DNA of 62,876 bases, counting the filler, from Asterionella formosa (lineage: Eukaryota): assembly GCA_002256025.1 (NCBI GenBank). It is 16 parts of 16 records of this genome, joined end to end, with 100 filler letters (N's around TTAATTAATTAA, not from the genome) between each part and the next. Parts side by side here need not be neighbours in the genome. Positions count along the whole stretch, not along the records: positions 1 to 1,998 come from NKIB01000669.1; positions 2,099 to 4,096 come from NKIB01000670.1; positions 4,197 to 6,194 come from NKIB01000671.1; positions 6,295 to 37,740 come from NKIB01000672.1; 12 more parts are not named here. One strand, written 5' to 3'. A model generated the notes under the pieces. That model was given only the letters and a program-made list of their open reading frames with translations, did no database searches and had not been told where the DNA came from. Each line of letters starts with the position of its first letter. Within the stretch, counting starts at the first letter, position 1. Shown piece after piece: positions 1-11,500 of this stretch. The position numbers and the translations under genes are program-made.

Positions 1-343
1 TGTTGTTATGAAAATCTCTGCAGGTCAATGAAGAAGCAAGTCATTTCAAGGACAAGAAGGAAGCCAGTGTGTGATGCATTCATGTTGCAACTTTGTGCAA
101 TAATGCCTATTCAAGAATGAATGATTTTTTCATTCAGAATGCATGGCTTCTGTTTGTCTTGCATTGTCCTTACAGACTTCTCATAATGCCTGCCTTCTCA
201 AGACTGAAGATGCCATTCTGAAAGAACTGCTTTGTTTGATTGCATATCGAGATTTGCTTCCCATGTAATGTGAAATACCGGTTGTTGAATTAGTAATCAA
301 CATTATTTGATAGTACTTTTAAAATACGTAAAAAAATTTAATA

Positions 344-655
344 AATTACGTGAACCATATTATAGAATTACGTGAACAAAAATTTAAGGCAATGTGAACT
401 GAATTACAGAATTAATTGAAGTATTTCAAATAATTATGTGAAGTATTTCAAATAATTATGTGAAGGTGATCACGTAATATAGTGATGATCAGGAATGCAT
501 GCATGATACTCTGATCAAATAAATAACGTGATGTATTCAGATAATATATAGATATATTCAAGTAAGCATTTTGATGTATTCAACTAATTCATGTGATCCA
601 TTCAAAATCAACTAGGCTTATTTACGTGATGGTCACTTCACGTAATACGCGGCTT
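344..655. repeat. Degenerate ~22-bp tandem array with core AATTAYGTGAA (mirror copy at about 5540-5850)
   Basis: Core or variant starts at 344, 366, 410, 432, 454 and 476. It includes a near-perfect duplicate of GAAGTATTTCAAATAATTATGT. Confidence 0.8.
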
Positions 656-661
656 AGATGG

Positions 662-1135
662 GTGATGATTGTTACCACTACTGATTTGTCAATAACTTCA
701 TCAATATTGGAGAAATCAATACCTAAGAACGACTCATCTCATTGGAAGATAGTACCGAATAAGATGGTATTCCGTTGATTCACAATGGATCAATGCTACT
801 CATCATTTACATGTCACAGCCGGGATTTTTTCACCTACACCCTACATGGTGATGATTATTACCACTACTGACTTGTCAATAACTTCATCAATATTGGAGC
901 AATCCATAACACTATTCGAATTTGGTTATGATCAACCCAAACACAACCTCCAATTTACATGTCACAACCCGGATTTTTTAATCTATACCCTACATGGTGC
1001 TGATTGTTCCCAATTGTAACTTTGTGTATCATCTATCTCATTTCATATTTAAACATCTGCTAATGCTTTTGTGATTTGTTCCTATTATATATTGATCTAT
1101 CTCAATTCATATTTTAGCATCTACTAATCTTTTTG
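662..1135. repeat. Imperfect longer tandem duplications (about 150-190 bp, plus a 64-bp pair)
   Basis: GTGATGATTRTTACCACTACTGAYTTGTCAATAACTTCATCAATATTGGAG at ~662 and ~849. TTTACATGTCACA...CCCTACATGGTG at ~806 and ~954. ATCTATCTCAWTTCATATTT at ~1031 and ~1095. Confidence 0.75.
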
Positions 1136-1150
1136 TTAATTGTCTATATC

Positions 1151-1998
1151 TTATATTGATCTATTGATTCGAAAGTGTTCACTTGGGGGTAACGTCTCAG
1201 GAGGTAATAATCTGCATTCACGATGGAACTGTGCGTCTAGAAAGAAGATCTGGACTAGATTCCGCTTTCTAGCAGCTGTTGTTATTGAATACCAATGTTC
1301 ACTTGGGGGAGAGCTCTCCGTGTTGATACAAAGGTTGTCCAAATACTTTGCTGCTTCGTTCTTTAACCACAGCTGCTGAGCCGTGAGAGTTTCTCCAGTT
1401 GCACCTAAGAAATTTGTCCTTCCTCGCAGATAGATAGGGCATTCTGAACATAAGCGTTGGGCATAACCAATGCGATATATTATCTTGTTTTTGACGTCAT
1501 TCCATCGGTCAATCCAACCATCTGTTTTGGGCAACCGAATTGCTCGAGCCGAGGATGCCAAACTGTAGGAAACCAAACCTAATACTGTTGCAGTTGTCGG
1601 CTTAGACCTACCATGCAAGGATCGCATATCCAAGTCAAGCTTGGGAAGAGCATTCCATACAGGCGCTTCTCTATGCCACCTACAGGAATGTGTCATCATC
1701 GCTTTGGCGACGCCGGCTTTGAAAGGAAGCTGTAGGTCTGCGGCAGCGGACAGAAAGTTTAACTGCACCTGACAAACAGGACACAGTGCAGGTTCAAACA
1801 ACTGTTGTGTTGGTCCAACTGTGGCTTTTGATTCATGAGATAATACCGCTTCTGTTAATGTTTGAAGTTCATCCTGACACTGAGGCTGAAAGTTAGACAT
1901 AGCACCCATTAACACACCCATCATCTGCGCCATATCAGATCGTATTGCTTTCAACTCTTCCCGCAGCACTGGAACACCCTCCTCCTCCTCCTCCTCCT
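1151..1998 (-). CDS. Hypothetical protein, 5'-partial, with poly-Glu and a possible Cys/His zinc site
   Basis: 272-aa ORF that stays open into a (GAG)n tract at the contig end. Contains CPVC...HSCRWH and a duplicated PPSEH motif. No family recognised. Confidence 0.5.
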
Positions 1999-2098
1999 NN
2001 NNNNNNNNNNNNNNNNNNNNNNNNNNNNNNNNNNNNNNNNNNTTAATTAATTAANNNNNNNNNNNNNNNNNNNNNNNNNNNNNNNNNNNNNNNNNNNN
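1999..2098. other. Artificial contig linker (first of 15; others at 4097-4196, 6195-6294, 37741-37840, 39838-39937, 41935-42034, 44031-44130, 46125-46224, 48221-48320, 50317-50416, 52412-52511, 54506-54605, 56600-56699, 58693-58792, 60785-60884)
   Basis: Identical 100-nt N-TTAATTAATTAA-N blocks that place stop codons in all six frames, a standard concatenation spacer. Confidence 0.98.
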
Positions 2099-2179
2099 TT
2101 ATGGTATCATATCTATACAGCGTAAAATATTATATGTAGTGGTGGCTGATGATTCATTTCATTGTAGCTAGCAACAACT

Positions 2180-3500
2180 GATTTTAAGATCATCGAACTT
2201 TAAGTAAGCGAATGACAACAGTTATCTAGTAGTACAAGCAATGTCTTCAAAAAACCATCAAAAGGTGCATGGAACAAACAAGTGACATGTGGCAAATACT
2301 ACCGGTATTGAACAAAGTAGCAAGTACCAAAATGAGTTCACAAAGAAAAAGCGAATAGGCGATTATCTAGAGGAACCCAATCGGCAACAGGGAGTTAGTG
2401 GGGGTACTACCCCATCGTCGATGGGGACACCATCAGCTACCAGCACAAAGGATCCCGTAATTGATACTGAAAGCAATGATGACGTTTCTTTTTCAGTTGT
2501 TGATACAAGAAAAATGGCTCCTGTTGATGATACCATTAATAACTCCCGGATGCAGATGGACAACATGGTACCATATATTAAATTTTCTAGTCGCACGGAC
2601 CAACAAGTACATGACAAGCTGAGGGGAAAACATTTTGCACTTGCCAAAGGATATTATCAATTGGTCAATGAACTCAATCACTACAAAGGTCATAATTCGG
2701 TTCAAAACTCGCTTGTCCATACGAGGTTATCAAGAATCTTCAATTTCAACAGCCTTATCAGAACGTCGTTCCCGCTTAGCTAAAGTTGAACCGATCCATC
2801 AATTGTCACAAAGGTTGTGAGTTTTATTTTCAAGACCAAGAAGTTTTGCTGTGAACATGTAAGTTTGAGGTTATAGTTCGTGAATTGCAGGTACTGTAAA
2901 ACAGAATATCAATCTAATGTGCTTTTTTCTGGTCCAAAAGAGACTCAAACATACCGCCCTATCTGGTCCAGGTAGTAGTATGAAAGAAATTTCTAATCAC
3001 AAACAGGATTGGTTTTCCCAATGTTGCCTAGCTCGGCTATACATTGTGAAACCGGAGTTAGGCAAAGAATTGGAGAGTGACCCAGAGCTTACCGATTTCA
3101 TATGGAATGGTTCTGATGCACTACTTCCAATGAATCAGACCATTGAATGTACCAACAAGGCACGTTTAAATTATATTAAATCAACATTTGGTGGCATGTG
3201 CATTAAAAAGTTGAGCGAGAGAATGTCAGAATCATATTGAATAATCGATTTAAAGGATTCTTCGGTAAGTTCTTGCAGGGAGATGCTCTGCTGAAAGCAT
3301 GATTTTTTGAGTCGGTGATTATATTCCATCAAATATGTTTGAATTAAAAATGGTAACATAATTCATGACACACCAACTGGTCTAACAGAATAAAACTTCC
3401 AGACTATGGATATTGATGACTCTAGCTATTAGGTGGGCGTTCACGCTTTATCATTTTGCGCACTCAAAAAAATTGACAGGGGAAGCCAAGCTTGTACCAG
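2180..3500 (+). pseudogene. Decayed member of an unknown multicopy gene or repeat family (paralog of 57300-58567)
   Basis: ORF pieces TPSSMGTPSATSTKDPVIDT, KHFALAKGYYQLVNELNHYKG, DFIWNGSDALLPMNQTIEC and RWAFTLY match the minus-strand pieces at 57165-58567. Both copies have frameshifts and stops. Confidence 0.75.
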
Positions 3501-4196
3501 TCAATTTAGCCAAACGTTGGTCAACAGATGTCTTTTCAATTTGTCCAAAGCATTCAGAATTCCTTGGGATACCTTGTCTTCAACATCTGCTGGTATATCC
3601 TTGGCATACAAGACATCCTGAGCGAGGTAGATTGGCAAGCTTTTCAGTCTCACCGCATGTATACTTCTTACTCGTTCTGACAATTCAAGTATATGGATAC
3701 GAAATTGGCAAGTTAAGTGAACAAATTATTCAACAGATATTGGAGGGCTGTAATTTTGAGGATCACGTGTATTCCTATATAGTTATGCATATTAATATAG
3801 TAGCACGGATTCGATATATTCTGGTTCAATTCCGGCTGGTACCAGTAGTCTACTCGAAGTATTGTGGTGCAATTGTGGTGCAAAATGCCAATGGGCAGTT
3901 TGAATTTACTACCAGTTATAGTTTTTACTGTTTCATCTCCCGTTTTAGGAAAAGTCCCGTATATCTACATATACATGTTTCCCACACTCACAAAATTCCT
4001 TGACAATGGCGCCGCCTACAAATAATTCCTCGACAGTTGGCATTGTTGTCATTTCCATTCTCTATGCTATTGCGCTACTCCATCAATTGCCACTAGNNNN
4101 NNNNNNNNNNNNNNNNNNNNNNNNNNNNNNNNNNNNNNNNTTAATTAATTAANNNNNNNNNNNNNNNNNNNNNNNNNNNNNNNNNNNNNNNNNNNN

Positions 4197-5044
4197 AGGA
4201 GGAGGAGGAGGAGGAGGGTGTTCCAGTGCTGCGGGAAGAGTTGAAAGCAATACGATCTGATATGGCGCAGATGATGGGTGTGTTAATGGGTGCTATGTCT
4301 AACTTTCAGCCTCAGTGTCAGGATGAACTTCAAACATTAACAGAAGCGGTATTATCTCATGAATCAAAAGCCACAGTTGGACCAACACAACAGTTGTTTG
4401 AACCTGCACTGTGTCCTGTTTGTCAGGTGCAGTTAAACTTTCTGTCCGCTGCCGCAGACCTACAGCTTCCTTTCAAAGCCGGCGTCGCCAAAGCGATGAT
4501 GACACATTCCTGTAGGTGGCATAGAGAAGCGCCTGTATGGAATGCTCTTCCCAAGCTTGACTTGGATATGCGATCCTTGCATGGTAGGTCTAAGCCGACA
4601 ACTGCAACAGTATTAGGTTTGGTTTCCTACAGTTTGGCATCCTCGGCTCGAGCAATTCGGTTGCCCAAAACAGATGGTTGGATTGACCGATGGAATGACG
4701 TCAAAAACAAGATAATATATCGCATTGGTTATGCCCAACGCTTATGTTCAGAATGCCCTATCTATCTGCGAGGAAGGACAAATTTCTTAGGTGCAACTGG
4801 AGAAACTCTCACGGCTCAGCAGCTGTGGTTAAAGAACGAAGCAGCAAAGTATTTGGACAACCTTTGTATCAACACGGAGAGCTCTCCCCCAAGTGAACAT
4901 TGGTATTCAATAACAACAGCTGCTAGAAAGCGGAATCTAGTCCAGATCTTCTTTCTAGACGCACAGTTCCATCGTGAATGCAGATTATTACCTCCTGAGA
5001 CGTTACCCCCAAGTGAACACTTTCGAATCAATAGATCAATATAA
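4197..5044 (+). CDS. Identical copy of the hypothetical protein at 1151-1998, 5'-partial
   Basis: Identical translation in the ORF track. Confidence 0.5.
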
Positions 5045-6294
5045 GATATAGACAATTAACAAAAAGATTAGTAGATGCTAAAATATGAATTGAGATAGAT
5101 CAATATATAATAGGAACAAATCACAAAAGCATTAGCAGATGTTTAAATATGAAATGAGATAGATGATACACAAAGTTACAATTGGGAACAATCAGCACCA
5201 TGTAGGGTATAGATTAAAAAATCCGGGTTGTGACATGTAAATTGGAGGTTGTGTTTGGGTTGATCATAACCAAATTCGAATAGTGTTATGGATTGCTCCA
5301 ATATTGATGAAGTTATTGACAAGTCAGTAGTGGTAATAATCATCACCATGTAGGGTGTAGGTGAAAAAATCCCGGCTGTGACATGTAAATGATGAGTAGC
5401 ATTGATCCATTGTGAATCAACGGAATACCATCTTATTCGGTACTATCTTCCAATGAGATGAGTCGTTCTTAGGTATTGATTTCTCCAATATTGATGAAGT
5501 TATTGACAAATCAGTAGTGGTAACAATCATCACCCATCTAAGCCGCGTATTACGTGAAGTGACCATCACGTAAATAAGCCTAGTTGATTTTGAATGGATC
5601 ACATGAATTAGTTGAATACATCAAAATGCTTACTTGAATATATCTATATATTATCTGAATACATCACGTTAATTATTTGATCAGAGTATCATGCATGCAT
5701 TCCTGATCATCACTATATTACGTGATCACCTTCACATAATTATTTGAAATACTTCACATAATTATTTGAAATACTTCAATTAATTCTGTAATTCAGTTCA
5801 CATTGCCTTAAATTTTTGTTCACGTAATTCTATAATATGGTTCACGTAATTTATTAAATTTTTTTACGTATTTTAAAAGTACTATCAAATAATGTTGATT
5901 ACTAATTCAACAACCGGTATTTCACATTACATGGGAAGCAAATCTCGATATGCAATCAAACAAAGCAGTTCTTTCAGAATGGCATCTTCAGTCTTGAGAA
6001 GGCAGGCATTATGAGAAGTCTGTAAGGACAATGCAAGACAAACATAAGCCATGCATTCTGAATGAAGAAATCATTCATTCTTGAAGAGGCATTATTGCAC
6101 GAAGTTGCAACATGAATGCATCACACACTGGCTTCCTTCTTGTCCTTGAAATGACTTGCTTCTTCATTGACCTGCAGAGATTTTCATAACAACANNNNNN
6201 NNNNNNNNNNNNNNNNNNNNNNNNNNNNNNNNNNNNNNTTAATTAATTAANNNNNNNNNNNNNNNNNNNNNNNNNNNNNNNNNNNNNNNNNNNN

Positions 6295-6480
6295 TCCATT
6301 TGTGTGCCCGTTTGTTGAGTGCTCTGATCGCTTGCACCTCGTTCAATGTTGCTTTATAATCCATAACTTTCTTATTCGCTTTCTCACTCTCCTTCTACTC
6401 TGCTCTTCTTTTCTCCTAGTCTTATCGTCCAGTGCTTCCGTTCCCAGTTTAAAGCGTCCAGCCACCACATGAACCATTTA
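6295..6480 (-). mobile_element. Short relic resembling the C-terminal part of the transposase-like relic at 46860-47270
   Basis: Frame-broken translations VHVVAGRFKLGTEALD and LNEVQAIRALNKRAHKW resemble LHFAVGNTCLGPPLFE and LSQKVQAIRRLGKEAGSY. Confidence 0.4.
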
Positions 6481-8563
6481 TTTTGCGCGATCGCCAATAG
6501 CGCCAACTGGCAAGTCATCTTATCAAGATTGATGCCCACCACATGCTTGTGGTGCTGGAGCAAGTTTCATGGTCTCAATGGAACACTTTTTTCGTTTGTA
6601 TTTGTTCCCCCCCTTCTCACCGGAAGGTTGTGTTTGTTGAGTCTCATGCTGTTCCGGTCTATCGGCTAGATTATTGTTTCTCTCACTGCTGTGTTTATCT
6701 GCATTACATGTATCTGGTGTCAAAGTGGACGATGCAGTAGTGGTGGCTCTGGTTCCAAAGGTAAGTGTACTGCTAGTTTCGATTCGTTCTGCTGGGGAAC
6801 AATCCAATAGCACTATAGAATTCAAACCCCCTACTACTAGATCTTTGCTGTCATTATTCAATTTCTTCAAAGGGTACTTCACCATGTCTTTTGTTAGCCA
6901 CGTTATTGTGTCAACTTTGTCTGCTACTCATAATCTAGATAGCAATAGCGCCACTTGGTAAAACAACTCCTCCACCGCTAGCCTTTCTAACGTCTACTTC
7001 TCTGACATTGTTGTTTAGAACAAGCTTTACTAAATCCTTATCTAGAGACTTACAAATAACTCTGTACTTGCTCGAGGTTTGGTACTTCTTCGGTTCATTA
7101 TACTAAGTTGTAACATCCGGAGAAATGAAAATGTGGTATATTGTGATGGTCTCGAGAGCATTTCAGGATGCATCTATGTTGACAGTACAAAATCACTAAA
7201 TTGCTATGGTGTGAACTAGTGTGCATGTTTACATTGGGATGTCGCACACAATCGCGCCGTAATTATAATCCACCTCAAGAAAAGCGTTAAAGGAAGCTAT
7301 ATTAATTTGGAGTATAAAACATTATTTGATATCGTATATGAATATAAAATGTCGGCCCAGCGAAACGAGGTAATTTTATTTTCTTCCGATGTGCCTCACT
7401 CAACATTTTCGAAGTCGTTTATCTCACCAACTGGAACACAACATCGATCGGGCGTTAAGACATCCTATATGTAGATGCGTGAAACAAATGACTTGTTCAT
7501 AGTAAATATTGTCGTATTGCTAAAATTGAAAAAGTTTGTAGTACAAAATGTAAGATTACCCCGTTATAGTGGTCTAAGCAGTTCATAGTGGTCTTAAGCA
7601 GTTTTTGACTGGTACCTGGTATCAGGTACCAGGAACCGGTAGCCAATGCTTGACTGCTCGACTGACCTTGCATGTGCTTATCGGTACTCGCCCGCTCCCT
7701 GGTAAACCTGGTATGCTACATCATGTAGTAGGAACCGGTAGACAACCTCTACATCCAGCGGTACCAAGTAAAGTCTCCCATTATCCCTACGCGTGTACAG
7801 TATGATGCATGTAGGCGTACTTTGCTCGCCCGGCGGCAGCGGCATTGCCCTGTTGGTTGTTAAATACTCCGAAGTACCAGGTACTGTCGCTTCATGTGAG
7901 ACCGCCCAGGTTGCCTACATACCGCTATGAATGCATACATGTGTGAGGATCAGACTACCTGTACCAGTACCTGGTACCGGCACCAGGTACCTTCACAAAA
8001 GTGACCCCAAATTCTGCCGTCATTACTACCAGGTACCAACCAAGTATATACTGTTGTCTGTTGATGTTTTGAGAATCACGCGAAAAAACGGGTACTACCT
8101 GGTAGGCGCATCAGGTAGAATGCATGAGGTAAATAGCAGGCGAGTCCTCGGCAGCTCCTTGTTGGCTGTTGGGGGTATCTGGTGCTACTCCCTGGTACCG
8201 AAATGATCCCTATGTAGATCTCATTTATAAAACTACGTAGAGCGAGGAGGAGCAACAAAGCAAACGGATGAAAGCAAGCACAAGGTTGCTTCTTGATGAG
8301 CAATGCTAAAGTCAGAATAATTCCTATACCTGAGTGGTACACTGCTTACCGACCGGCTACTCTCATCCCTCAATAGAGTACTAGATTGACAAGACGCCGC
8401 AGACCCGTTGGCAACCCAGACGAGGAACAAACTGAGTAAACACAAGGCGGAATAGTTGATTACCGGTAGCCGATAGTTGTGCTGAATACCGGTTGCACAT
8501 TTTTGAGAGAACACAAGTGATAGCATCGCTGCGCTGCATTCGCCGCCACGCAAACACCGCACG

Positions 8564-11500
8564 ATGGGTCGCTACAGAGGAACTCTCCACAAATTGGTCG
8601 AACAGGGTCCGCTCAAAAAAGGTAACTGGAATGTTCTGCTTAACTACCTCGAAGGTCACGCCGTTGGAGATCGCGACGCATCCAATCCTGCCTTTGATTC
8701 GCCCATTCCTCCCTACAGCATTGCATCTCCAGATTTGGAACGAGAACTTATCAGTGCGCAAGGCCCCAAACAGGACGAGACCCCCCTGAGGATTGCAGCA
8801 CTTTGCAAAGCGTGTCCGAGTAACGTTGTGGCAGCGCTCTGTCATTTGGGTCCTGAAGCGGCGCGGTTGGGAGATGCAAAATCACGCCTTCCGCTTCATT
8901 GGGCCTGTCGACGACCTACGGATGACCCGGATGCTGAACAAGCCTTGAAAATACTTGTCTCTGCTTATCCTCAGGGACTTTTACATCGCGACGATGGAGG
9001 CCGGACGCCGCTTCATTACCTATTTTGGTACCATGCTAGTACCCGATCGGTCAACCTCGTGGAGCACTTTTTACAAGAATTGCCTTCCTCCTTTTTTACC
9101 GGATTGACACAATTGCCCACTATCGATGGGCCTACGCTGCCCGCAATTCCTCGCGTGACGCAAGGTAAATCAGACGTTCCACACTCGGCTGCCATTATAT
9201 ATGATTGTAAACATGGAGCCTTGCCGCTACACTACGCTGTAATGGGAGGAGCAAGCAAGGAAGTTGTCAAGTTATTGCTGCAACATTACCCACACGCCAA
9301 GTTGTTAGTAGATCGACGCGGTCGTTCCTCCCTCGCGTGGCTGTTTGGGGCTGGGGAAGGTGAGCACGTGTCTGGAGAATGCCCGGATCCCAATGCACCA
9401 CCACTTTATGAACAAAAGGTTAGCAGCAACATCGTGCATCTTCTTTTGGGGTCTAAAGTGGCACGCATGACCGATGATACAGGAAGAACGCCACTTCATT
9501 GGGCTTGTTGGTTGTCTGGAAAACATTACTACATGGCTCAACCCGAGACCAGTTGCATATCTGTTAGAGTGGTACAAATGTTGCTTGATCACTATACGGA
9601 AGGCCTCTTGGTACAGGATACAAACGGCAAAACGCCACTTCATTTACTCTTTGATGTTGTTTTGGCCCAGCAAGACGTGGAGTGGCAGAGATTGTTGCGT
9701 AATCAATTGATACGAACTGATGTGGACTTAAGAATGGGACAGGCTGTACCGGTCTATTCGCCACCAAGAGAATTGGTGGACTTGTTGTTGAGGTGCCCCG
9801 ATTCAGAAACACAGCGGAGTGCCGCACATGTTGAAGACGAAGAAGGTAGACTTCCTTTGCATGCCGCCGTGGCGACGGGAACATCGTCAGAGGTGATTCA
9901 AACTTTGATTCAATCTTATCCAACTGCATTGGTACACACGACGGAAGAGACGCTTCAAACGCCACTTCATACGGCTCTGGCATCGCCCTTCATCGCTCCC
10001 TTACAAAACGAAGCCAATATTTCAATATTACTTCAAGCTTACGTAACATCGCGTCATGGTACATTTGTCAATGGAAAGTTAGCATTAAAATTGGAAGACT
10101 CAAACGGGATGTATCCACTGCATCATGCATGTCAGAATCAAGCCTGTCTAAATGTCATTTCAACCCTAGTGGATCGATACCCTCGAGCCTGCAGATTTCC
10201 AAACGGAAACGGCGACCTTCCCGTCCACTGTTTACTAAATCAAGAGTCCTTCTTTGGGTCGACAGAATATACTCTTGGTGCATCTCTAGCAGCACCAATG
10301 GGGTGGATGTCGCAAGAGGAAGAGTCCTTTCGGGTTTCAAGCTTGCAAGTTATGCAACAGAAAATACATGTGGTGGTGAAAACATTGGCCACGGACAATA
10401 TTTCATTGATGGTTGGTAGTTCGGCTCACGGCATGCTCCCACTCCACATTGTGGTCGCATTTGATGCTGCTCCCTATGTAATGATTTATCACATGTTGGA
10501 AACCTGTCCCATAGCCACACAGCAATGTACAACAGCTGTTGGCCATTCCTATACTCCTCTTGATTTGCATGACATGAGACGACCAGCCGCCAAAGACGAA
10601 AATCATTGGAATCAAGTTTGTGAACTGCTCTTTGCATATGGGCCTACGTTGGAAACACATCGACACAACGACGAACTTTTGGATCGATTTGCGTCGCTCA
10701 TTAGAGACGAGATCACTGGGGTTGGTTCGTATCACTTGACCGAGTGGATAGACATGAAGAAAACAATGTCTTTTCATGATTTGGCCATCAACGAAACACT
10801 TTCGACGGTTCAAGCACCTGAGATTGATACAGGTACCAAGCCAAAGCCCAAAACTCCGAGATCTACCCCCAAAGCACAGGCGTTGGCGAAGAAGTCGAAA
10901 AAGAAGAAAAAACCGTCTCCAACTAAAAGTCCACAAGGCAGCAAAAAAAAGTCGATCTACGATGATGATGGCGATGGAGGCTACGTTGTGAGCATTGGAT
11001 CGGAATACGACGATGATGAATTTTCTGGCTGTGATCAAAGTGATGAAGAATACGACTCAGAGTATGATTCTGACACATTTGACAGAAATGGAACTTTTGA
11101 TGAGAATACTTTTCAAACCGAGTCCCGTACTCTGGATGATGAAACATCGCTAGGTCAAACTTTTGACGACCTCACAATCGCTGATGAAAAAAAGGGAGTT
11201 GAACCTTCATCGGATTCGGCTATACCAGTCTTAAACGTTCCATCTGACAACGAAAAGGAAAAGCAAGTGGCAACGCCTTTCTTGAGCCAAGTAGCCTTAC
11301 GAATATTCACCTTTTTTGTCCTTTACCGTAATCCATTCTCTGTCGAAGATAACTACTCGAAGCAAGTTGATATGATCCTCGATTCGTTGGATTTTTCAAT
11401 TGCTGAAAAGTTAGTTTCACTTGAAGTTCCCTGGTTTGCCAAGGAGTACGTTCGGAATGAACATGGAAGCACATTTGCACAAGCTGCAAACAATTTTTGT

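Larger units (their letters stand above)
1..1998 (-). repeat. Near-identical reverse-complement copy of contig 4197-6194 (haplotig or young repeat copy)
   Basis: Same length and identical ORF translations. About five substitutions seen by eye (near 94, 109, 128, 150 and 523). Confidence 0.93.

Noticed and set aside
344..1135. CRISPR-like repeat-spacer appearance (also 42966-43265)
   Set aside because: The repeats are degenerate and too short or irregular, the spacers are related to each other, there are no cas genes, and the context is eukaryotic.
2043..2054. Regularly spaced TTAATTAATTAA palindrome about every 2.1 kb
   Set aside because: It is the synthetic linker sequence inside the N runs.
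1..6194. Apparent giant element: 2-kb inverted repeats flanking a 2-kb core
   Set aside because: The three parts are separate contigs of equal length joined by artificial linkers. Their order and orientation reflect sorting by size or name, not biology.
7605..8562. Short ORFs rich in VPGT/YQVP/WYQ peptides (also near 22709, 30965, 33238, 36466, 42997 and 62401)
   Set aside because: These are translations of the GGTACCWGG arrays, not proteins.
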